Shown in pieces: positions 37,786 to 47,892 of a stretch of 64,000 nt of DNA; the stretch's first letter is position 1; each line of letters begins with the position of its first letter. The DNA is from an uncultured Bacteroidota bacterium (GTDB lineage Bacteria > Bacteroidota > Bacteroidia > Bacteroidales > WCHB1-69), in the NCBI GenBank assembly GCA_902796805.1, contig CADBQG010000001.1, forward strand, positions 33,106-97,105, written 5' to 3'. A program made the position numbers and the translations under genes. Below the pieces are notes generated by a model. That model was not told where the DNA came from. It was given only the letters and a program-made list of their open reading frames with translations, and made no database searches.

Positions 37786-37802
37786 CGCTTAAAAAAACCG
37801 GC

Positions 37803-40397
37803 ATGGAAAAAGCTTCCCTAACTCCTTTGATGAAACAGTACAACCATTTCAAGTCGCTGCATCCCGACGCGATACTTCTTTTCAGGGTGGGCGACTTCTA
37901 CGAGACATACGGAGAAGACGCTGTAAGGACATCCAAGATATTGGGCATAATACTGACAAAGCACGGGAAGAACGACAAGCAGACCGAGCTTGCCGGGTTT
38001 CCTTACCACGCGCTCGACACCTATCTTCCAAAGCTTGTCAGGGCAGGGCAGCGCGTGGCGATATGCGAGCAGCTTGAAGATCCCAAGCTCGCCAAGACCC
38101 TTGTAAAAAGAGGGATCACGGAGCTTGTAACCCCCGGGGTGTCGGTAAACGACAAGGTGCTTGAGCAGAAAGAGAACAACTATCTGGCTGCTATCCACTT
38201 GACCGACAAGGTGTCGGGCATCGCATTCCTTGACATATCCACCGGAGAATTCTACATTGCCGAGGGTCACGACGACTACATAGACAAGCTTTTCCAGAAC
38301 TTCAAGCCGTCGGAGGTGGTCATCCAACGCGGGAAAACCAGGTCGTTCGGCGAGAGGTTCGGGGAGAAGGCACTGTTAACGCAGCTCGACGACTGGGTTT
38401 TCACCCCTGAATATGCAAACGAGGCGCTCACCGGACAGTTTCAGACAAACTCGTTGAAGGGCTTCGGGGTGGAAGAACTGAAGTCGGCGATAATAGCCGC
38501 CGGCGCCGCGCTGCACTACATACACGAAACGCAGAACCACAACCTCCAGCATATCACCAAGGTAAGCAGGATTGAGGAAGACCTCTACGTGTGGCTCGAC
38601 AAGTTCACAATAAGGAACCTTGAACTCACAAGCACTCCTAACGACAATGCCATCACGCTGCTGCAGATCCTCGACGAGACCTTGACTCCTATGGGGTCGC
38701 GCCTGCTGCGGAAGTGGATACTCATGCCGTTGAAGCAGAAGTCGCTCATCGAGGAGCGTCTCTCAGCTGTGGGATTCCTTACGGAAAACACCCATTTTGA
38801 GGGCGAGCTTGCCGGGATTCTCAAGACGATGGGCGATCTTGAGAGGCTGGTGTCGAAGATAGCCGTGGGGAAGATAAACCCGAGGGAACTGATTCAACTC
38901 GCCGCGTCGCTGCGAGGAGTCTCTAAACTCAAGAAGCTGTTTGAAAAGACAGACAACCCCACTTTGTCGGGACTGGCGGAGCAACTTAATCCCTGCACCG
39001 GCGTGTGCCAGAGAATTGAAAAGGAAATCAGGAGCGACGCGCCCGTGGTGCCGAGTAAGGGGGGCGTCTTCAACAAGAATGTGGACAAGGAGCTTGACGA
39101 ACTCTTCGACATAGCCGCGAACAGCAGGGGGATACTCTCGGAGATACAGAGCCGCGAAGCGGAAAAAACGGGCATACAGTCGCTGAAGATTGGATTCAAC
39201 AATGTGTTCGGCTACTATCTTGAGGTAACAAACACCTACAAGTCGAAAGTCCCGCAGGAGTGGGTAAGGAAGCAGACACTCACCGGCAGCGAGCGATACA
39301 TTACCGAGGAGCTGAAGGCGTTGGAGACAAAGATACTCAGCGCTCAGGACAAGATTCTCGAAATTGAGACACGACTTTATAACGAGTTGGTACTCAGTCT
39401 TTCCGACTATATACCGGTGATACAGAACAACGCCAGGGTCACTGCAAGGATAGACGTACTCAGGACTTTCGCGCACTGCGCTGCCGCCTACAACTACTCG
39501 AGACCGACAATAACGACCGACGGGGTGATAGACATCAAGTCGGGGCGGCACCCTGTGATTGAGAGGCAGCTTCCGCCCGAGGAGCCATACATTCCCAACG
39601 ACGTCTACCTTGACAACAAGAGCCAGCAGATAATAGTGATAACCGGCCCGAACATGTCGGGAAAATCTGCGCTCCTGCGCCAGACCGCGCTCATAACCCT
39701 GATGGCTCAGATGGGCTGCTATGTGCCTGCGGAGAGCTGCAGCATCGGGATAACGGACAAGATATTCACCCGCGTGGGCGCCTCCGACAACATATCCACA
39801 GGAGAGTCAACATTCATGGTGGAGATGAACGAGACGGCCAACATCCTGAACAACGTTACCGACAACAGCCTGGTGCTCCTTGACGAGATAGGGCGGGGGA
39901 CAAGCACCTACGACGGAATATCCATAGCGTGGTCGATAACCGAATACCTTCATGAAAACCCCAACCACAGGGCGAAGGTGCTGTTCGCCACCCATTATCA
40001 CGAGCTGAACGACATGGCCTCGCAGTTTCCCCGCATAAAAAACTACCATGTGTCGGTCAAGGAGTTGAAAAACAAGGTGTTCTTTCTCAGGAAACTGCAG
40101 AAAGGCGGCAGCGAGCACAGCTTTGGCATCCACGTGGCGAAAATGGCCGGGATGCCCGCCCCGGTGATACGCCGCGCCGAGAAGATACTCCGTCAGCTCG
40201 AGGAAAACCGTTCGGGAAACGCCAAGATCAAGAACAACGCCGCCGATAGCTACCAGCTCAGTTTCATAGCCCTCGACGATCCGCTACTTTTGGATGTGAA
40301 GGACATCATCATGGACCTCGACATAAACTCACTGACACCTGTGGAGGCCCTCATGAAACTTAATGAAATCCAGAAACTGTTGTCAGGAAAGAAGTAA
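37803..40397 (+). CDS. mutS: DNA mismatch repair protein MutS
   Basis: TPLMKQY...FYETYGEDA N-terminus, Walker A GPNMSGKS, DEIGRGTSTYDG, and FATHYHEL. Confidence 0.95.
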   Translation: MEKASLTPLMKQYNHFKSLHPDAILLFRVGDFYETYGEDAVRTSKILGIILTKHGKNDKQTELAGFPYHALDTYLPKLVRAGQRVAICEQLEDPKLAKTLVKRGITELVTPGVSVNDKVLEQKENNYLAAIHLTDKVSGIAFLDISTGEFYIAEGHDDYIDKLFQNFKPSEVVIQRGKTRSFGERFGEKALLTQLDDWVFTPEYANEALTGQFQTNSLKGFGVEELKSAIIAAGAALHYIHETQNHNLQHITKVSRIEEDLYVWLDKFTIRNLELTSTPNDNAITLLQILDETLTPMGSRLLRKWILMPLKQKSLIEERLSAVGFLTENTHFEGELAGILKTMGDLERLVSKIAVGKINPRELIQLAASLRGVSKLKKLFEKTDNPTLSGLAEQLNPCTGVCQRIEKEIRSDAPVVPSKGGVFNKNVDKELDELFDIAANSRGILSEIQSREAEKTGIQSLKIGFNNVFGYYLEVTNTYKSKVPQEWVRKQTLTGSERYITEELKALETKILSAQDKILEIETRLYNELVLSLSDYIPVIQNNARVTARIDVLRTFAHCAAAYNYSRPTITTDGVIDIKSGRHPVIERQLPPEEPYIPNDVYLDNKSQQIIVITGPNMSGKSALLRQTALITLMAQMGCYVPAESCSIGITDKIFTRVGASDNISTGESTFMVEMNETANILNNVTDNSLVLLDEIGRGTSTYDGISIAWSITEYLHENPNHRAKVLFATHYHELNDMASQFPRIKNYHVSVKELKNKVFFLRKLQKGGSEHSFGIHVAKMAGMPAPVIRRAEKILRQLEENRSGNAKIKNNAADSYQLSFIALDDPLLLDVKDIIMDLDINSLTPVEALMKLNEIQKLLSGKK

Positions 40398-40401
40398 CGA
40401 C

Positions 40402-41403
40402 ATGCAAGAAGGAATAAGACTAATCACGCCGGACACAACATCCCCGTATTTCAACCTCGCCGCCGAGGAATACCTGCTCCAGCATACCGATGAAGAGATA
40501 ATAATGCTCTGGCAGAACAGCAACACAATAGTGGTGGGTCGTCATCAGAACACATTGGCTGAAATCAACACAGAGTATGTTGAGAGCCGCGACGTGAAAG
40601 TGGTGAGGAGGCTTACGGGCGGCGGCGCCGTGTTCCATGACATGGGCAATCTCAACTTCACATTCATCAGGAACAGGGATGAAAAAGACGAGGAGATCGA
40701 CTTTTCGGGATTTCTCGAGCCGATAATAGACACCCTTCACAAATTGGGTGTCCCCGCCGAGTTCTCCGGCAGGAACGACATCGTGGTGGAAGGGCGGAAA
40801 ATATCCGGCAACGCCATGGCCTACTACAGGAACAGGGTCCTCGAGCATGGAACGCTTCTCTTCTCCTCCGTGCAGGAAAACATAGCCGCTGCCCTCAAGG
40901 CCGACCCCGACAAGTTCTCCGACAAAGCGGTGAAATCTGTCAGGAAACGTGTCGCAAACATATCCGATTATATCAAGGAGCCTATGGACATATCCGAATT
41001 CAAGCGTTTTCTGACAGAATGTTTAGCCACCGCCGGCGCGAACGTCTGGCATAAGGATTTCACACATGAGGAAAAGGCGGTAATAGAGCTGCTTGCGCAG
41101 ACCAAATACTCCACTTGGGAGTGGAATTTCGGAAACTCCCCCAAGTACGGGTTCGAAAGAAAGGTCAAGACACAGGGAGGAATTATCCAGTCGACGGTCG
41201 ATGTGAAAGACGGAAGGATAGAAGATGTCCGTTTTTACGGTGATTTTTTCGGGGTGGAGAGTCCTGACATTCTCGCGGAAAAACTTGTAGGCACGGCGCA
41301 CGAAAAGAATGCCATAGAACGAGTGATTTCAGGTACAGATTTGTGCAGATTCTTCAGCAAAGCAACCGCAGATGACATCCTTTATCTTCTCTCTCCCGAA
41401 TAA
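40402..41403 (+). CDS. lplA: Lipoate--protein ligase
   Basis: SPYFNLAAEEYLL, RRLTGGGAVFHD, and GRKISGNA motifs of LplA. Confidence 0.85.
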   Translation: MQEGIRLITPDTTSPYFNLAAEEYLLQHTDEEIIMLWQNSNTIVVGRHQNTLAEINTEYVESRDVKVVRRLTGGGAVFHDMGNLNFTFIRNRDEKDEEIDFSGFLEPIIDTLHKLGVPAEFSGRNDIVVEGRKISGNAMAYYRNRVLEHGTLLFSSVQENIAAALKADPDKFSDKAVKSVRKRVANISDYIKEPMDISEFKRFLTECLATAGANVWHKDFTHEEKAVIELLAQTKYSTWEWNFGNSPKYGFERKVKTQGGIIQSTVDVKDGRIEDVRFYGDFFGVESPDILAEKLVGTAHEKNAIERVISGTDLCRFFSKATADDILYLLSPE

Positions 41404-41489
41404 CAATCGATATAAATATCAGAGATACAATATGTTATAAGACTCAACCAATAAATTCAGTTATGATTCGGATTTAAAGAAAAAAAATG

Positions 41490-41497
41490 TATCTTTG
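41490..41497 (+). promoter_or_regulatory. Candidate -7 box TATCTTTG for tRNA-Lys
   Basis: TAnnTTTG match, 20 nt upstream of the tRNA 5' end. Confidence 0.45.
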
Positions 41498-41516
41498 CAA
41501 CCTCAATTTGAAGGGA

Positions 41517-41589
41517 GTTTCAGTAGCTCAGCAGGTAGAGCACATCCCTTTTAAGGATGGGGTCCTGGGTTCGAATCCCAGCTGGAACA
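41517..41589 (+). tRNA. tRNA-Lys (anticodon UUU)
   Basis: Hand-folded cloverleaf. Acceptor GTTTCAG/CTGGAAC, D-arm GCTC..GAGC, anticodon stem CATCC/GGATG with loop CTTTTAA, T-arm CTGGG-TTCGAAT-CCCAG. No encoded CCA. Confidence 0.9.
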
Positions 41590-41592
41590 CAC

Positions 41593-41624
41593 AAGGGGCG
41601 CGTTTTCTGCGCCTCTTTTTTTTT
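41593..41624 (+). terminator. Hairpin plus T-run terminator after tRNA-Lys
   Basis: AAGGGGCGC-gttttct-GCGCCTCTT followed by T8. Confidence 0.65.
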
Positions 41625-41704
41625 GCCAAAACAGGTGAAGTGAAGTAAAAAATAATCAGATTCCAAAAATTTTGTTTTTCTGTTTGAAATCTCCAAAATA
41701 ATAC

Positions 41705-41712
41705 TATCTTTG
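41705..41712 (+). promoter_or_regulatory. Candidate -7 box TATCTTTG for rho (long leader)
   Basis: TAnnTTTG match, about 115 nt upstream of the rho ATG. Confidence 0.4.
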
Positions 41713-41827
41713 CGCCGCCGTAAAGGAACGGTGAAAACGGCGATGCCGTCAGCTTTTCGCGGACGTCTCACTAATCAATGTCGTCGTTTTGAAAATTCCA
41801 CAAACTTATAAAAATCTAAGATAAAAT

Positions 41828-43612
41828 ATGTCAGAATCCACAGAGCCCAAACCTAAAAGAAGAAGAGTTTCACGAGGAACAGAGAATCTCGTTGCCACTT
41901 CCAACGAACTCAAAATGAAGGAGAAAGCCAAAGTAACGAAGAAGAAGGAAACACCTCTTTTCTCCACCACCAACAGAAAGAAAAGAACCGTGAACCCGGA
42001 TATGGAGCCGGCTGTCCAGAATTTAGAGTCGCCGGCAGGAAATGCCGCAGCGACAGAGAAGCAGCCCGTTGCCGATGAGCAGCTTCGTATGCATGAGAAT
42101 GCGGCCGAACAAGCTGAAAAAACCGTTGTCCGCCGCCGCACAAGAACAAAGCTAAACGAAAAAGTGGATGAGAATGCAGTTGCAAGCCCGGAAGCATCTA
42201 ACGAAACGTCTGCGTCCGCTGAAAACCAACAAATATCACTTTTCGACCAGCCCGTGGAGCAGGCAAAAGTTCCCGTGGAGCAGAAGAGAAAGCGCGGAAG
42301 ACCAAGGAAATCCGAGACCGTAGCCAAAGCCGCTGCCGACAGCGCCGCTGAGGTTAAGAAGCCACGGAAGTCTGAGAAAACTGACGAGACCGGTGCCCAA
42401 GGCGCTGCACAATATGTGGCGGAGGACAATGCACATGACCGTAAGCATGACGAGGTGAATGCCCCTGCGGCCAACTATCTCGCAAACCCGCAGTACGACG
42501 GGACTGTGATGGCTGAGGGCGTGCTTGAGATAACAAGCGAGAATTGCGGCTTCCTGAGGTCGTCGGACTACAACTACCTTTCGTCGCCCGACGACATATA
42601 CGTCTCCATGTCGCAGATAAAGCTCTTCGGACTTAAAAACGGAGATACCGTCTATGGGGCGATACGTCCTCCCAAACCCGGAGAGAAATATTTTCCCCTG
42701 ACGAAAATAGAGAAGATAAACGGCTGCCTGCCTGAAGATATCAGGGACAGAATCCCGTTCGACTATCTCACGCCGATGTTCCCGGACGAGAAGATTGACA
42801 TAACGTCGCATCCCGGATGCAAGCTTTCTACAAGGATAATAGACCTTTTCGCCCCGATAGGCAAGGGCCAGCGCGGCTTGATAGTTGCCCAGCCAAAAAC
42901 CGGTAAGACGGTGCTGCTCAAAGATTTAGCCAATGCAATAGCGTACAACCATCCGGAAATATATCTCATAATACTGTTGATTGACGAGAGGCCTGAGGAG
43001 GTTACCGACATGCAGAGAAGCGTGAACGCCGAGGTGATTTCGTCAACTTTCGACGAGCCGGCCGAGCGGCATGTGAAAATTGCAAACATGGTGCTCGACA
43101 AGGCCAAGAGAATGGTTGAATGCGGGCATGACGTGTGCATACTCCTCGACTCGATAACCCGTCTGGCGCGGGCTTTCAACACCATGGCGCCGGCTTCGGG
43201 CAAGGTGCTTTCCGGCGGTGTCGAGGCCAACGCCCTCCAGAAGCCGAAGAGGTTCTTCGGCGCGGCGCGCAACGTCGAGAACGGCGGCTCGCTCACCATC
43301 ATCTCCACGGCCCTTATCGACACAGGCTCACGCATGGACGAGGTCATCTTCGAGGAGTTCAAGGGCACCGGCAACATGGAGCTCCAGCTCGACCGCAAGC
43401 TCTCCAACAAACGAATCTACCCAGCCGTTGACATCGTGGCCTCCAGCACCCGCCGCGACGACCTCCTCCAGGACGCCGCAACCCTCCAGAAAGTGTGGAT
43501 TCTCCGCAACCATATTGCCGACATGACCACCGTTGAGGCTATGAACCTCGTGATAGGCAACATGCAGGACACGAAAGACAACAAGGAATTCCTCAGCCTG
43601 ATGAACAGCTAA
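41828..43612 (+). CDS. rho: Transcription termination factor Rho with ~215-aa low-complexity N-terminal extension
   Basis: Core motifs [15 protein letters not shown] (Walker A), [10 protein letters not shown], and [12 protein letters not shown]. The N-terminal K/E/A-rich region includes KRKRGRPRK. Confidence 0.93.
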   Translation: MSESTEPKPKRRRVSRGTENLVATSNELKMKEKAKVTKKKETPLFSTTNRKKRTVNPDMEPAVQNLESPAGNAAATEKQPVADEQLRMHENAAEQAEKTVVRRRTRTKLNEKVDENAVASPEASNETSASAENQQISLFDQPVEQAKVPVEQKRKRGRPRKSETVAKAAADSAAEVKKPRKSEKTDETGAQGAAQYVAEDNAHDRKHDEVNAPAANYLANPQYDGTVMAEGVLEITSENCGFLRSSDYNYLSSPDDIYVSMSQIKLFGLKNGDTVYGAIRPPKPGEKYFPLTKIEKINGCLPEDIRDRIPFDYLTPMFPDEKIDITSHPGCKLSTRIIDLFAPIGKGQRGLIVAQPKTGKTVLLKDLANAIAYNHPEIYLIILLIDERPEEVTDMQRSVNAEVISSTFDEPAERHVKIANMVLDKAKRMVECGHDVCILLDSITRLARAFNTMAPASGKVLSGGVEANALQKPKRFFGAARNVENGGSLTIISTALIDTGSRMDEVIFEEFKGTGNMELQLDRKLSNKRIYPAVDIVASSTRRDDLLQDAATLQKVWILRNHIADMTTVEAMNLVIGNMQDTKDNKEFLSLMNS

Positions 43613-43615
43613 AGT

Positions 43616-44872
43616 ATGCGTCTCTCCAGGCATATACCGCTCTTCCTGACCTTTTTCATAACATTCTTCACGCTGAAGGCCGACACTGTGCCATACAAAA
43701 CTTCGGACGAGGAGATCCGGAGAATGCTTGTTGAGTCGTTGAGGGAAAGGTACGACATTGAGGGACTTGAGTTTTTGGCCAACGAGATGTCGAACAAGCT
43801 GAACGGATCCCTGCTCGTCGCCGTCAGGGACACAGTATTGGTGCTGCATTCCTACGGTGAGAGAAGGCTGACCGCCGAGCCACCGAAGTGGAACGTCGCC
43901 GAAGAGAACAGAATCACCGACTCAACACTCTTCGACCTGGCGTCGGTGTCGAAACAGTTCACGGCAGCCGCAGTGCTGAACTTGTGCCGGCAAGGAAAAA
44001 TAGACCTTGACGACACCATAACCCGGTATTTTCCAAACCTCCCTTACAAAGATGTAACGGTCAGGAATCTCCTGAACCACACGTCCGGAATACCCGAATA
44101 TTTCAAGTTCAAATACACTCTTTTCGGTTCAACTGCCTTCATCGACAACAAGCAGCTTATCGATGTGATTGTGCGAAACAGGTTCAAGCGCACGTTCCCC
44201 GTAGGTGCCCGCTTCGAGTATGTGAACACGAACTATGCAATCCTGGCGCAATTGGTTGAAGATGTGTCGGGAATGCCTTTCGAACAGTATGTGCGAGAGA
44301 ACATCTTCGAGCCGGCAGGCATGAAAAACACATATTTCTTCACTGAAATAGTGGGCATTGACCAGGCAACCGGACGAAAGGTCCCGCCTGTTGCCCCTGA
44401 CAGTGAGACTTCTGACGCGAAACCGCTGCAAAGATTCGCCGGCAAGGTGGCTTACGGTCATAAGGGAGGACTCAAATTCGCAAAGTACGACAGGATGAAC
44501 GGCGTACTCGGCGACAAGGGTGTTTATTCCAATTTAGGCGACCTCCTCCGTTGGGCGAATGCCTATTTTATTGATTACAAAGTTCTTCCCAAGGAATGGG
44601 TGGAATTTGCTTCCTCGCGTGAGAACCAACTATGCAGCGGTGATTTGCCGCAAAGCATCTATGGCTACGGCCTCCGCATAGAGGAAAGTCCTAAACACGG
44701 CAAAATTGTCTATCACGGCGGTTTGTGGAACGGCTTCCAGCATCTCTTCCTTTACCGGCCTTCCGACGATGTTGTAATTGTTTTCCTGAGCAACTACTAT
44801 AATAAGGCACATTCGGGCTACAGCGACAAGATGTTGGATATTTTTGACGGAATTTCTGAATTTGAAGAGTGA
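43616..44872 (+). CDS. Serine hydrolase, beta-lactamase/PBP4* (class C-like) family
   Basis: Signal peptide. SVSKQF (SxxK) active-site motif and YVNTNY (YxN). Confidence 0.8.
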   Translation: MRLSRHIPLFLTFFITFFTLKADTVPYKTSDEEIRRMLVESLRERYDIEGLEFLANEMSNKLNGSLLVAVRDTVLVLHSYGERRLTAEPPKWNVAEENRITDSTLFDLASVSKQFTAAAVLNLCRQGKIDLDDTITRYFPNLPYKDVTVRNLLNHTSGIPEYFKFKYTLFGSTAFIDNKQLIDVIVRNRFKRTFPVGARFEYVNTNYAILAQLVEDVSGMPFEQYVRENIFEPAGMKNTYFFTEIVGIDQATGRKVPPVAPDSETSDAKPLQRFAGKVAYGHKGGLKFAKYDRMNGVLGDKGVYSNLGDLLRWANAYFIDYKVLPKEWVEFASSRENQLCSGDLPQSIYGYGLRIEESPKHGKIVYHGGLWNGFQHLFLYRPSDDVVIVFLSNYYNKAHSGYSDKMLDIFDGISEFEE

Positions 44873-45714
44873 TGATAGATTTTTTCAAAGCGAATTACCA
44901 TACACACAGTCTGTACTGCGACGGGAAGTGCACTTTATTACAGCACGTCGAGGAAGCCGAAAGACTCGGGCTGCGGCAGCTTGGCTTCTCATCCCACGCA
45001 CCCGTGCCTTTCGACAACAGGTTTGCCATATCTGTGGAAGACCTTCCGAAATATTGCAATGAAATTGACAGTTTGCAGTCAGAAACGAATGTCAAGCTCC
45101 TCAAGTCGTTGGAGTGCGACTTTGTGCCGGGAATAACTTATCAGTTTTCAAAACTTCAGTCTGACAACAAGTTGGATTATATAATAGGAGGTGTGCATCT
45201 TGTAAAGCCGCATAATGGTGATGAACTTTGGTTTATTGACGGTTCAAAAAGGGAAACTTATGACGAGGGCTTGTTGAAACTTTTCAATAATGACATTAAA
45301 AGGGCTGTAACAACGTTTTGGGAGCAGACATTCGAGATGCTGGAGACTGAGAAGATGGATATTATCGCGCATGTTGACAAAATCAAGATGCATAACGGAG
45401 ATAGATTCTTCACCGAAGATGAGTTGTGGTACAAAATATTGGCTGACAAGGCGTTGCAACTTATCAAAAGGCATAACGTGGTGATGGAGATAAATACTCG
45501 TGGGCTTTACAAAAAGCGCTGTAACTCATTTTACCCTTCAATGTATATGTTGACTGAAGCGCGCAGGCTTGACATACCGGTTGTGGCGAACAGCGACGCC
45601 CACAGGGCTGAAGAACTTTCGCTTTTCGTTGACGAGGCTGTCAATGTTCTGGAACAATGCGGGTATGAGCGCACTGCGCGTTTCGACACTGATCTTGGAC
45701 GCTTTGTGTTTTAG
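44869..45714 (+). CDS. PHP-domain histidinol-phosphatase (HisJ) family protein
   Basis: NYHTHSLYCDG N-terminus, GFSSHAP, GGVH, and SDAH motifs. ATGA overlap with the upstream gene. Confidence 0.75.
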   Translation: MMIDFFKANYHTHSLYCDGKCTLLQHVEEAERLGLRQLGFSSHAPVPFDNRFAISVEDLPKYCNEIDSLQSETNVKLLKSLECDFVPGITYQFSKLQSDNKLDYIIGGVHLVKPHNGDELWFIDGSKRETYDEGLLKLFNNDIKRAVTTFWEQTFEMLETEKMDIIAHVDKIKMHNGDRFFTEDELWYKILADKALQLIKRHNVVMEINTRGLYKKRCNSFYPSMYMLTEARRLDIPVVANSDAHRAEELSLFVDEAVNVLEQCGYERTARFDTDLGRFVF

Positions 45715-45872
45715 CTTTTTGTTTGAAGCGGTAAATTATAATACGATCGGTCTGTCTGAAAAAGAGACTATGATTGTGAATATAAAGACAAAAGCTATTT
45801 TCGCGCGACTATAAAGTTTACCGAAAACCCAACCCGGAACACTGGATGAAACAATTCCTTTTTGTGGCCGCC

Positions 45873-47027
45873 TTACCTGAAAAATTGTCTTACGCGCGAG
45901 AACACGCTTTTTTCGTTCTTTCCCGGCTTGGGGACAAAGTTCTCGTGAGTGCTGAGCTTATCAAGAATTTCTTTCTCCTCTTTGGTAAGGTTTTTCGGAG
46001 TCCAGACGTTCACGTTTACTATGAGGTCGCCCACTATGCGGGAGTTCACTTGTGGCAATCCCTTGCTTTGCAGGCGCAGGATTTGTCCGCTTTGAGTTCC
46101 GGCGGCTATCTTTATCTTTGCCTTTCCGGTGAGTGTGGGAATCTCAACTGAAGCGCCAAGAGCAGCTTGCGGAAAACTGATATAGTAGTTGAGATACAAA
46201 TTGTTGCCATCACGTTCAAAGATTTCATGGTCTTTGATCTTGAAATGCACAAGCAGGTCGCCGTTAATGCCGCCTTTGCGGGCTGCGTCGCCCTTGCCGC
46301 TGAGTGTCATCTGCATTCCGTTGTCGACGCCGGCGGGGATGGTGATGTTTATGATCTCCTCGCCCTCCACCACGCCTTCGCCGTGGCAGTGCGGGCAGGG
46401 TTCCTTTATAATCTCGCCTGTTCCGTGGCATTTCTGGCACACTGCTGTCTGCTGTATGTATCCGAACACGCTCCTCTGCTGCCGTACCACATGTCCGCTT
46501 CCGTTACAGTCGGGGCATGTGGAGACGCTTTTAGGGTTCTTGGTGCCCTCGCCGTTGCAATGCGGGCAGGTAACCAATTTGTGGACTTTGTACTTCTTTT
46601 CAGTTGTCACTGCAACCTCTTCGAGCGTGAGTTCCACGGGGATGCGCCTGTCGCCGCCGCGCGGCACTCTGCGTTGGGCCTGATGGCCTCCAAATCCGCT
46701 AAATCCGCTGAAACCTCCGAATCCACCACCAAAAATATCGGCGAAATGATTGATTATGTCGCCAAGATCCACGCCTGAGAAATCTGATGCCTGGTTGCCC
46801 ATTCCGGCATGGCCGAAGCGGTCGTAGCGCTCTTTCTTCTCGGGATTGCTCAGAACATCGTATGCTTCGGCGGCCTCCTTGAATTTCTCCTCGGCCTGTT
46901 TGTCGCCCGGATTCCTGTCGGGATGGTATTTCATCGCCATTTTGCGGTAGGCCTTCTTGATCTCGTCGGCCGAGGCGCCTTTCTCAACGCCTAAAACTTC
47001 GTAGTAGTCTCTCTTTTCCATGCTCAA
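45873..47027 (-). CDS. dnaJ: Molecular chaperone DnaJ
   Basis: J-domain (YYEVLGV...[10 protein letters not shown]), G/F-rich region, and four CxxCxGxG zinc motifs. Confidence 0.95.
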   Translation of the reverse strand: MSMEKRDYYEVLGVEKGASADEIKKAYRKMAMKYHPDRNPGDKQAEEKFKEAAEAYDVLSNPEKKERYDRFGHAGMGNQASDFSGVDLGDIINHFADIFGGGFGGFSGFSGFGGHQAQRRVPRGGDRRIPVELTLEEVAVTTEKKYKVHKLVTCPHCNGEGTKNPKSVSTCPDCNGSGHVVRQQRSVFGYIQQTAVCQKCHGTGEIIKEPCPHCHGEGVVEGEEIINITIPAGVDNGMQMTLSGKGDAARKGGINGDLLVHFKIKDHEIFERDGNNLYLNYYISFPQAALGASVEIPTLTGKAKIKIAAGTQSGQILRLQSKGLPQVNSRIVGDLIVNVNVWTPKNLTKEEKEILDKLSTHENFVPKPGKNEKSVFSRVRQFFR

Positions 47028-47036
47028 ATCCTCCTG

Positions 47037-47663
47037 TTACTGCCCGACAACAACTTTGGCGTACCGTATCACCTTGTCTTTCAGTTTGTAACCTTTCTGG
47101 GTGACGTCTATAACCTTTCCTTTCTCCTCCTCGTTCTGTGCCGGAAAGTGCGTTACGGCCTCGTGGAAGTCGGTGTTGAAAACCTCGCCTTTGGCCTTGA
47201 TTTCCTCAACGTCGAAATGTTTGAGGGTCTGTATCAGTTTGTTGTAAATCAATTCAAAGCCCTCTTTCACGGAATTAATGTCCTCAACTTTTTCATTGGC
47301 GGTGATGGCCCTCTCGAAATCGTCAACAACAGGAAGGACACTGACAATGACTTTTTCCGAGGCGGTGGAGATAAGGTCGAGTTTTTCCTTGCTTACTCTT
47401 TTCTTGTAATTGTCGAACTCTGAGAAAAGGCGCAGGAAGCGGTCGTTCAGCTCCGCCTTTTCGGTTTTCAAACCTTCAATTTCGGCTTCCAGTTCCTTTA
47501 TTCTTGCGGCTTCCTTGTTTTTCTTCTTCGAGAATATGCCGTTTTTTTTGTCAGAATTATCTTCCTTATCGGTCAAATTGTCAGATTTTTGCTCCAAATT
47601 ATCCTGCTTGTCTTCTTCAGGAACATTTTCATTTTGAATCAAATCCTCTTCTTGTTCTTTCAT
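47037..47663 (-). CDS. grpE: Nucleotide exchange factor GrpE
   Basis: Acidic N-terminus and coiled coil. C-terminal FHEAV...VIDVTQKGYKLKDKVIRYAKVVV is typical of GrpE. Confidence 0.9.
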   Translation of the reverse strand: MKEQEEDLIQNENVPEEDKQDNLEQKSDNLTDKEDNSDKKNGIFSKKKNKEAARIKELEAEIEGLKTEKAELNDRFLRLFSEFDNYKKRVSKEKLDLISTASEKVIVSVLPVVDDFERAITANEKVEDINSVKEGFELIYNKLIQTLKHFDVEEIKAKGEVFNTDFHEAVTHFPAQNEEEKGKVIDVTQKGYKLKDKVIRYAKVVVGQ

Positions 47664-47840
47664 ATCTTTTTTATTCTCAATGTTTTATCTAAAAACTATA
47701 AGCGTTTTTTCATACAAGAAGGAAAAACGCCATTTTTTCATGCAAAAAATTTGCCAAAATTGAAAATAATCGCAAGATTTTGACAAAAAACGGACAAAAA
47801 GACGTTTGAGTGTGTTTGTCGGAAATGTGCAATATTTTTG

Positions 47841-47848
47841 TAATTTTG
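47841..47848 (+). promoter_or_regulatory. Candidate -7 box TAATTTTG (GTAATTTTGCG)
   Basis: TAnnTTTG match, 45 nt upstream of ATG 47893. Confidence 0.4.
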
Positions 47849-47892
47849 CGTTTCATAATAAAGGAGGAAATATTATCAAAATCATCAGCTAT

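Noticed and set aside
41806-42474. 222-aa minus-strand ORF opposite the rho 5' region
   Set aside because: It mirrors the low-complexity coding bias of the Rho N-terminal extension (Ser/Ala/Phe-rich). The plus strand continues seamlessly into canonical Rho.
44681-44692. GAGGAAAGTCC string resembling the RNase P RNA CR-I element
   Set aside because: It lies in frame inside the serine hydrolase CDS (RIEESPKHG), and none of the flanking RNase P helices are present.
45715-45872. Long-range imperfect inverted repeat (CGGTAAA...TTTACCG) between the convergent hisJ-like and dnaJ genes
   Set aside because: It has only 7 perfect base pairs with a ~70-nt loop and poor extension, which is not distinguishable from chance.
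47664-47892. CIRCE (HrcA) operator upstream of grpE-dnaJ
   Set aside because: No TTAGCACTC-N9-GAGTGCTAA-like inverted repeat is present in the intergenic region.
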